Below, one piece after another: positions 1 through 6,583 of a DNA stretch of 39,893 nucleotides; the stretch's first letter is position 1, and each line of letters opens with the position of its first letter. The translations under genes were made by a program, and so were the position numbers. The DNA is from a candidate division WOR-3 bacterium (lineage in GTDB: Bacteria; Hydrothermota; Hydrothermia; Hydrothermales; Hydrothermaceae), in the NCBI GenBank assembly GCA_039803745.1, contig JBDRZD010000007.1:1-39893 (forward strand), written 5' to 3'. The notes under the pieces are model-generated. The model searched no databases and was not told the DNA's origin. It was given only the letters and a program-made list of their open reading frames with translations.

Positions 1-737
1 AATATTAAAAATTTTTCGTTTCTTTTTGCTTTTAATTCTAAAAAGGCATTTCCTTCTCTTTGAGCAATTTCAATATTTCCAAAACTCCCTTTATAAAATA
101 ATAATTCCTTTCTTTTTACCTTTGAAAATGTTTCAGCAAACCTTATTTTCCTATTTTTTATTAAAAGAATTTCATCCCCACAAATCCATTCATTAGGAAC
201 ATCTGTTATAATATTTCCAAATTTATCAGGGAAAAGAATGTGTCCATAAATCTTATTTTTTATTTTTATCGCCTTTGGGAAATTGATCTTCTTAAATTTT
301 TTTAAGGGTTTCAAAAAATCTTTTTCACCTATTAAAATTTTTCCTGCAGCAATTGCAAAAACATCACGAGCATGAAATGTTTTTGAAACTTTTTCTTTTT
401 CATATAGAATCTCAAAAACTTTGAATTTCCCTTTATAAAGCAATGTAAATATCCCATTATCAGGTCCTATAAAGATATAATCATCTTTAAATAAAACAAT
501 ACCTTTTCTCTTTGAACCAACACCAGGATCAACAACACATAAAAATATTGTATTTTTAGGAAAATATTTGTAAACTTTTTCTATCCAAAAAGAAGCCTCA
601 AGAATATCATAAGGAGTAATTTCATTTGTTAAATCAACAAAATTGACATCTTTTTTATAGTTTAAAATCACTCCCTTAACACATCCTACAAATGGGTCTT
701 TATTCCCAAAATCAGTTAAAATTGCAACAATCCTCAC
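1..737 (-). CDS. SAM-dependent chlorinase/fluorinase family (SAM hydroxide adenosyltransferase, DUF62), 3' end runs off window
   Basis: Not in the ORF track. Manual translation from GTG at 737 gives MRIVAILTDFGNKDPFVGCVKGVI, later VVDPGVGSKRK, FIGPDNG, TFHARDVFA and GSFGNIEIAQREGNA, all hallmark motifs of the family. Confidence 0.9.
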   Translation of the reverse strand, partial: MRIVAILTDFGNKDPFVGCVKGVILNYKKDVNFVDLTNEITPYDILEASFWIEKVYKYFPKNTIFLCVVDPGVGSKRKGIVLFKDDYIFIGPDNGIFTLLYKGKFKVFEILYEKEKVSKTFHARDVFAIAAGKILIGEKDFLKPLKKFKKINFPKAIKIKNKIYGHILFPDKFGNIITDVPNEWICGDEILLIKNRKIRFAETFSKVKRKELLFYKGSFGNIEIAQREGNAFLELKAKRNEKFLI

Positions 738-797
738 AAGTTTATTTTAAAGGAAATGGATTTTTTTATAAAATCTATTTTATAATTAAATTTTAAA

Positions 798-1565
798 ATG
801 AAAGAGAAAATTAAATGGATATTCCTTGGAACAGGTGGTGGAAGGTTTGTAGTATTTAAAGGAATTAGAAAGGCAGCAGGATATTTGATTGAAAAAGATG
901 GAAGATATATTTATATTGATCCAGGACCATGTGCCCTTTATGAAATCTTAAGAAAAAAGATAAATATTTCAAAAATAGAAAGTATTTTTATAACCCATAA
1001 AGACCTTGACCATTCTGCCTCTTTAAATGTTATTGTTGAGGCAATAACAGAAGGTGGATTTAAAAAAAGGGGGAAGGTATTTTTACCAGAGGATGCCTTA
1101 CATCCTGAACCAATCCTTTTTTCTTATTTAAGGGAAAGTGTGGAAGAGATTCATATTTTAAAGCCTGAAGAAATTATTAGAATAAATGGAATTGAATTCC
1201 ATATATCACCATATCACATTCATAGGGATGTGAAATGCTTTGGTTTTAAACTTCCGGAGTATTCTTTATCATTTATAACTGATACTGCCTTTGATGAAAA
1301 ACTTTTTGAATTTTATAAGGGTTCTGAAAATTTTATAATTCATATGGTCTTATATGAGCCAAAAGAAAATGTTGATCATTTGAGTTTTTTAGAAATGGAA
1401 AAAGTAATAAATTTTTTAAATCCTAAAAATCTTATAATAACCCATTTTGGAATGAAAGTGATAAAGGCTAATCCAAAGGATATTGCTTTAAATCTTTCAA
1501 AAAATACAGGGATAAATTGTATCGCAAGTTATGATGGAATGGAATATGAATTTGAAAGAATTTAA
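798..1565 (+). CDS. MBL-fold metallo-hydrolase (RNase Z/PhnP-like clade)
   Basis: FLGTGGGR N-terminus, IDPGP, THKDLDH (variant of HxHxDH), FITDT, DHL and ITHFG motifs. Confidence 0.85.
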   Translation: MKEKIKWIFLGTGGGRFVVFKGIRKAAGYLIEKDGRYIYIDPGPCALYEILRKKINISKIESIFITHKDLDHSASLNVIVEAITEGGFKKRGKVFLPEDALHPEPILFSYLRESVEEIHILKPEEIIRINGIEFHISPYHIHRDVKCFGFKLPEYSLSFITDTAFDEKLFEFYKGSENFIIHMVLYEPKENVDHLSFLEMEKVINFLNPKNLIITHFGMKVIKANPKDIALNLSKNTGINCIASYDGMEYEFERI

Positions 1566-2587
1566 AATAATGATTCAGAGGAAAGTTTTTTACCATCAAT
1601 TAAAATATAAGGGGAAGCCCTTTTTATATTTTTTATAAATTTTGAAACATTATTCAAGTTTATCTCATTTCTAAAATTTATTATTATTTTTGCACTTTTT
1701 GGACCTATACCAGGAACTTTTAATAAAGTTTCATAATCTGCCTTTTTAATATCAACTGGAAAGAGATTTTTATTTTTTTCAGCAAAAACTATTTTTGGAT
1801 CCTTTTCAAGAATTAAATTACCATTTTCATCAAAAATCAAATCCTTTAATTTAAATCCATAATCTCTTATTAAAAATCCTGCCTGATAAACCCTTTTTTC
1901 TCTCAATAAAGAAACTTCCTTTAAATTTTCAAATGGTGTTCCTTGAATTGGCATAAAACGAGAAAAATAAACCATTGAAAGTTTTAATTTTTTGTATAAA
2001 AATTCAGTAAATTCAAGATAATCAATATCCTTTTCATTTAAAGGGGAAAAGACAAACTGGGTGCAAATACCATAGGGAAGCACTTTACCATATCTTTGTT
2101 TTAATTCAAAATATGCTCTTTTTATTTTTAATATTGTGTTAAAAAGTTTTTTAAAATTCTTATCCTTTGAAATATTTTTTAAATGCTCCTCTTTTGGTGC
2201 CTCAAAATTGCATGAAACCCTATCTGCATAAATAATTGCCTCTTTTATTGCTTCGTAATCTGCTCCTGGCATAATTTTTAAATGAATATAACCTTTATAA
2301 TTATATTTTTTCCTCAAAATGATTGCACACTTATTTATAAGATATTGAGTTTCATCAGGATTTTTAAATATTCCAGAGGATAAAAAAATTCCATTTGCAA
2401 AACCCCTTTCATATTTTTCAAAAAAGTTTTTTGAAAGTTTTTCAGGAAAAATAAATTCTCTTTCAAAATCCCTATCCTTTCTAAAAGCACAATAAAGACA
2501 ATTGTTTTCACAAAAGGAACTTATAAATTCTTTTAATAAAACACCCTTTTTTAATTTTTCACTTTTTTCTAATTCTCCATAATTCAT
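1562..2587 (-). CDS. Putative DNA modification/repair radical SAM protein with C-terminal helix-hairpin-helix (TIGR03916/COG4277-like)
   Basis: CENNCLYC (CxxxCxxC), GIFLSSG, YKGYIHLKIMPGA, ADRVSCNFE, REKRVYQAGFLIRDYGF, and HhH LLKVPGIGPKSA. Confidence 0.88.
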   Translation of the reverse strand: MNYGELEKSEKLKKGVLLKEFISSFCENNCLYCAFRKDRDFEREFIFPEKLSKNFFEKYERGFANGIFLSSGIFKNPDETQYLINKCAIILRKKYNYKGYIHLKIMPGADYEAIKEAIIYADRVSCNFEAPKEEHLKNISKDKNFKKLFNTILKIKRAYFELKQRYGKVLPYGICTQFVFSPLNEKDIDYLEFTEFLYKKLKLSMVYFSRFMPIQGTPFENLKEVSLLREKRVYQAGFLIRDYGFKLKDLIFDENGNLILEKDPKIVFAEKNKNLFPVDIKKADYETLLKVPGIGPKSAKIIINFRNEINLNNVSKFIKNIKRASPYILIDGKKLSSESLF

Positions 2588-2594
2588 AAATTAT

Positions 2595-2632
2595 ATTATA
2601 AATTGAAATAATTATCCTTTCAAAATTATAAT
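2595..2632. promoter_or_regulatory. Interlocked divergent sigma70-type promoters
   Basis: Plus strand: TTGAAA(2603-2608)-N18-TATAAT(2627-2632)-7 nt-ATG 2640. Minus strand: TTGAAA(2623-2618)-N17-TATAAT(2600-2595)-7 nt-ATG 2587. Confidence 0.7.
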
Positions 2633-2639
2633 TAATTTT

Positions 2640-3200
2640 ATGAATGAAATAAAAATACCTGAAAAGGTCATTTTAAAAGAACCTGCTTTTTTTGAGATGA
2701 TAATAGGAAGCGCTGAAGTATTTCATCAGGAATGTTTTGGACTTTTGCTTGGATATAAAGCAGAAGGAGTTATAATAGTTGAGGATGCACAGGTTGTTCA
2801 ATCTGCAAGAAGAACACCTTATTACGTTGAGCCTGTTGCAAAGAGAATTAAAAGGATAGAAAAACTTATAAAATCAATGGGTATGGAATATAAAATACTT
2901 GGAGATTTTCACTCCCATACACAGATTGGTGCTGACCCTGCAAGACCAATTCCATCAGGTGAAGATATAGAGGATATGATACCTGGTAATCTTTACTTAA
3001 TAATAGCAATAAATTATTTAAAAGAAAAGGATATTATCTGGTTTTATTCTAAAGAAGAAAAAATTCTAAAAGGAAGTCTTGAAAATTTTTTGTTTGAAAT
3101 ATCAGCCTATTATTCTTTTGGAGAGAATAGATATAAAAAGATTGATATTAAGTGTCCTTTTGCACAAAGCTTAGAGCCTTATAGGCATGAGAAGAAATAA
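2640..3200 (+). CDS. JAB1/MPN (JAMM) domain metalloprotease
   Basis: ECFGLLLG (catalytic Glu) and GDFHSHT...PIPSGED (HxH...S..D JAMM motif). Confidence 0.85.
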   Translation: MNEIKIPEKVILKEPAFFEMIIGSAEVFHQECFGLLLGYKAEGVIIVEDAQVVQSARRTPYYVEPVAKRIKRIEKLIKSMGMEYKILGDFHSHTQIGADPARPIPSGEDIEDMIPGNLYLIIAINYLKEKDIIWFYSKEEKILKGSLENFLFEISAYYSFGENRYKKIDIKCPFAQSLEPYRHEKK

Positions 3201-4250
3201 ATAATTTTCTGCAGCATATCCTTTTATAAGTGCTGCCCTTTCAGGCTCTGTAAATTTTATAATAACGGTATCTTCATCTATCTCTTTAACAATTTCCTGT
3301 AAATATCTTGCATTAAATCCCACTTCCATTGTTTTTCCTGTATATTCACAGGGAATTTCCTCTCTTGCTTCCCCGAATTCAGGTGATTGTGCAGTTATCA
3401 CCACATTACCGGGGGATAAACTCATTTTTATTGGATAATTTGGTGAGCTTGTAAATGGTATCAGTCTTTTTAATGTATCAAGTAAATCTTTTTTGTTACA
3501 TTCAAAAACATTTGGAGGCTCCTTTGGAATAACATCCTGATATGCTGGATATGTTTCGTCAATTAATCTTATCAAATAAAATCCATTTTTAAAATCTATA
3601 CACATATTATTTTCTTTCACAAATATGTTTATTTTTTCACCTTTTCTTGATTCAATAAAATCCTCAATTTTTGGATTTACAATTATTCTTTCAGAAATAT
3701 CTGCCTCATAAGGAAAAGTGTAAAGACCAAGTTTGTGAGCATCAGAAGCAACAATATTTAATCTTCCCTCTTTAAATTCAAAAAGTATTCCATTCAAATA
3801 TGCTCTTGGATCATTTTTCGCTACGCAAAAGCTTACTTTTTGAATCCCTTTTAATAAAATATTTGAATCTATTTCAAACCTTACATTACTTTCAAACTTT
3901 TCAATTTTTGGAAAATCTTCAGGATCCATTATCCTGAATTTATATTCACCTTTTGAAAAGCGTATTACAAAATCTCCAGAAACAAGAGAACATTCTATTA
4001 ATTCACTTGGTAAATCATTAAGTAATTTATAAAGTTTTTTTCCATCAACAGCAACAATACCTTCTTCAAGGGTCTTTGCTTCAAAACTTATCTTTGAAGA
4101 AAGTTCAAGGTTTGTACAGGATAAATATATTTTTTCCTTTGCCTCTATTAATATATTTTCAAGAATTGGAAGAGTTGTTCTTGAAGGAAGTGCTGCAATT
4201 ATACTCTTAACATTTTCTTCAAATAAATTTTTTTCCACATGAAATTTCAT
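3171..4250 (-). CDS. dnaN: DNA polymerase III beta sliding clamp
   Basis: TLPILENILI, TNLE, LNGILFE, ASDAHKL, YPAYQDVIP, VGFNARYL and terminal LLMPIRL; directly downstream of dnaA. Confidence 0.98.
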   Translation of the reverse strand: MKFHVEKNLFEENVKSIIAALPSRTTLPILENILIEAKEKIYLSCTNLELSSKISFEAKTLEEGIVAVDGKKLYKLLNDLPSELIECSLVSGDFVIRFSKGEYKFRIMDPEDFPKIEKFESNVRFEIDSNILLKGIQKVSFCVAKNDPRAYLNGILFEFKEGRLNIVASDAHKLGLYTFPYEADISERIIVNPKIEDFIESRKGEKINIFVKENNMCIDFKNGFYLIRLIDETYPAYQDVIPKEPPNVFECNKKDLLDTLKRLIPFTSSPNYPIKMSLSPGNVVITAQSPEFGEAREEIPCEYTGKTMEVGFNARYLQEIVKEIDEDTVIIKFTEPERAALIKGYAAENYLFLLMPIRL

Positions 4251-4261
4251 TTTTTACTCCT

Positions 4262-4364
4262 TCTTAATTTATAAATATTTTTATTAATATTATTATAATG
4301 TGTGGATAAATAAAAAGTCTATTATCCCTCATAAATTTTTTAATGTTGAAATTATTGTGGAAAA
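4262..4364. promoter_or_regulatory. oriC: oriC part 2 (dnaA-dnaN spacer): DnaA boxes, DnaA-trio-like array and AT-rich unwinding element
   Basis: TGTGGATAA 4301-4309 (perfect box, reverse orientation), TGTGGAAAA 4356-4364, adjacent TAT-TAA-TAT-TAT-TAT 4282-4296, and an almost pure A/T tract 4265-4299. Confidence 0.8.
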
Positions 4365-4375
4365 CTTTTTTAAAA

Positions 4376-5692
4376 TTAAATCCACCTAATTTTCCTCTCA
4401 ATTTCCACAATTTTTTCCCTTAAATCCTGATCCTTTTCAAGCAAATTTTCAATCTTTTCTATTCCATGAATTACGGTTGAATGATCTCTACCACCTATTA
4501 TTTTCCCGATCTCCTTTAATGGCATGTTAAGATGATATCTTAAAAAATACATAACAATTTGCCTTACCCGGGCAACCTCTTTTGTCTTTTTTTCATTTAA
4601 TATATCTTCCTTTGTCAAATTGAAAAATTCTGCAACAATTTCTATTATCCTTTCAGGCTCGTTTTCCTTTGCTGCTTCCAGATAATCTCTTAAAATTTCC
4701 TTAACAATTTCAATATCAATTTTTCTTTTATAACAGAATGAAAAGGCTTTTATCCTTGCCAGGGAACTCTCAAGTTGTCTTATATTCTTTTTAATTTTTG
4801 AAGCAATGAAATTTATAACATCATCTGTTATTTCAACATTTTCTTCTTTAGCCTTTAATTTTAAGATTGCAACCCTTGTTTCAAAATCAGGTGGTTTTAT
4901 ATCAACAACAAGTCCCCATTGAAAACGGGAAACAAGTCTTTCTTCTACATTCCTTATCTCCCATGGTGGTCTATCAGAGGTTAAAACAATTTGCTTTTTT
5001 AAATCATAGAGTGAATTAAAGGTGTGGAATAGTTCCTCCTGTAATGCAAATTTATCCTGTAAAAAATGAACATCATCAATTAAGAGAACATCAACCTTTC
5101 TATACTTTTTTCTGAAAAGAGGCATTTTGCTTCCCTGTAGAGCCTCGACCATTTCATTCATTATATTTTCTGTACTTGTGTATATTATGTTTAAATTTTT
5201 ATTTTTGATAGCAATGTGATTTCCTATTGCATGGAGAAGGTGTGTCTTCCCCAGTCCCACGCCTCCATATATAAAAAGTGGATTGTAAACTGTTGCAGGG
5301 TTTTCAGCCACAGCCTTTGATGCAGCAAAGGCAACCTCATTACTTTTCCCCACAATAAAATTTTCAAATTTGTATCTCGAGGATAGCCCCTTTATTTCTC
5401 TTTTATAAAATTCCCTTATTTTTTCTTCTTCCTTTACCCTTTCCCCTTTTATTTTTGGTTTAAATATAATTTTTAAATTTGTATAACCCATTATCTTTAA
5501 TATGTTATTGATCTTATTCATATAAACATTCTCTATTATCTGTCCGACAAATGCATTAGGAACTTCTATTATTATCCTATCTTCCAGTATTTCTATTTCT
5601 CTTGTGTTTTTAAACCAGCCCTCAAAAATATTTCTATCAATTTCTTCCTCCAATACTTCAAGTACTTTTTTCCATAAATTTTTCTCCTCCAT
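4376..5692 (-). CDS. dnaA: Chromosomal replication initiator DnaA
   Basis: YNPLFIYGGVGLGKTHL (Walker A), LLIDDV, QEELFHTFN, RLVSRFQWGL, GGRDHSTVIHG. Confidence 0.99.
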   Translation of the reverse strand: MEEKNLWKKVLEVLEEEIDRNIFEGWFKNTREIEILEDRIIIEVPNAFVGQIIENVYMNKINNILKIMGYTNLKIIFKPKIKGERVKEEEKIREFYKREIKGLSSRYKFENFIVGKSNEVAFAASKAVAENPATVYNPLFIYGGVGLGKTHLLHAIGNHIAIKNKNLNIIYTSTENIMNEMVEALQGSKMPLFRKKYRKVDVLLIDDVHFLQDKFALQEELFHTFNSLYDLKKQIVLTSDRPPWEIRNVEERLVSRFQWGLVVDIKPPDFETRVAILKLKAKEENVEITDDVINFIASKIKKNIRQLESSLARIKAFSFCYKRKIDIEIVKEILRDYLEAAKENEPERIIEIVAEFFNLTKEDILNEKKTKEVARVRQIVMYFLRYHLNMPLKEIGKIIGGRDHSTVIHGIEKIENLLEKDQDLREKIVEIERKIRWI

Positions 5693-5706
5693 TTATCCTT
5701 CTCCTT

Positions 5707-5792
5707 TTATCAACATATTTATCCACAACTTATATTTAAATTTTTTCCCTCAAAATGAATAATTTTTTTATAAACTCCCGAATTTATCCACA
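5707..5792. promoter_or_regulatory. oriC part 1 / dnaA autoregulatory DnaA boxes
   Basis: TTATCAACA 5707-5715 (1 mismatch); TTATCCACA at 5719-5727 and 5784-5792 (perfect). Confidence 0.8.
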
Positions 5793-5829
5793 TACCCTTT
5801 TTGTTGAGTTTCATCAAATTATTCATTTT
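5752..5829. repeat. Inverted repeat/hairpin in the dnaA upstream region
   Basis: AAAATGAATAATTT (5752-5765) is the exact reverse complement of AAATTATTCATTTT (5816-5829). Inner arms are AAACTC (5772-5777) and GAGTTT (5806-5811). Confidence 0.6.
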
Positions 5830-5881
5830 TAAAAATAAAAATTTTTTCATCTCTTTTCTAAAAATTCTAAGGGAGAAAAAA

Positions 5882-5999
5882 AGAATATAAAGGAAAAAAA
5901 AGTATTAAGTCAAATCTTGCTTAATTTTCTCTCAAAGAGCCTGTATATGTTGAAGGAGAGAATATAAAGGAAAAAAAGGTATTAACTCAAATCTTGCTT
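5882..5999 (-). repeat. 41-bp direct repeat (2 copies), each containing a sigma70-like promoter facing dnaA
   Basis: 5882-5922 vs 5959-5999, 39/41 identical, 36-bp spacer. Minus strand reads TTGACT or TTGAGT-N18-TATATT. Confidence 0.85.
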
Positions 6000-6583
6000 C
6001 TAAATTTTAAAATTTTGTCTATTTCCCCTCTTGAGATTTTATGTTTTATAAAACCAATTTTTGCCTTTGCATAAATATCCTTTCCAAGATAAAAACATGG
6101 TTCATAAACTTTTAAATTCGGTATTTCCTCTTCAAAAAATTCTTCTTTTTCATGGGAACCCACAATTTCCCCAATAAATAAGAAATGGTCTCCTGCTTCA
6201 ATTTCATCCTTTAATACACACTCATAAGAGATAAATGCATCTTTTAAAATTGGTGTTTTTATTTTTTTACTCTCCTCAATTTCAACTTCAAAGGTTTTTA
6301 TCTTATCCATTTCTCTTCCGCTTATTCTTCCAAAAACTCCGAAAAGGAAGCTTTTATCAAAAGGAATAAAATTCACTGTGAACTCTTTTGCCTCTTTTAT
6401 TAAAATATAAGAATATCTTTTAGGTGATATAGAGACAGCATAAAGTGGTGGTACTGCTGAAAGGGCTGTATGCCATGCTATTGTTAGTCCGTTTAATTTT
6501 TCACCGTGTTTTACTAAAACTATGCAGGGGACAACAGGATAAAAACCATATAAATTAAAATTTTTTTCTTTAAATTTCTTCAT
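5987..6583 (-). CDS. Flavin reductase family protein (DIM6/NTAB-like)
   Basis: NGLTIAW, PPLYAVSISPKRYS, EFTVNF, GRISGR, YECVL and AGDHFLFIGEI motifs. Confidence 0.9.
   Translation of the reverse strand: MKKFKEKNFNLYGFYPVVPCIVLVKHGEKLNGLTIAWHTALSAVPPLYAVSISPKRYSYILIKEAKEFTVNFIPFDKSFLFGVFGRISGREMDKIKTFEVEIEESKKIKTPILKDAFISYECVLKDEIEAGDHFLFIGEIVGSHEKEEFFEEEIPNLKVYEPCFYLGKDIYAKAKIGFIKHKISRGEIDKILKFRSKI

Noticed and set aside
2640..3200. CBASS/Bil-type ubiquitin-like antiphage system around the JAB gene
   Set aside because: No cyclase, E1/E2, ubiquitin-like or effector gene is adjacent.
5693..5986. rpmH (L34) or another small gene expected upstream of dnaA
   Set aside because: No MKRT-like or other credible ORF seen; the region is explained by boxes, hairpin and promoters.
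5882..5999. Minimal CRISPR array (41-bp repeat, 36-bp spacer)
   Set aside because: Only two copies, no dyad symmetry or typical repeat end, no cas genes in the window; the repeat overlaps a gene end and matches a promoter.
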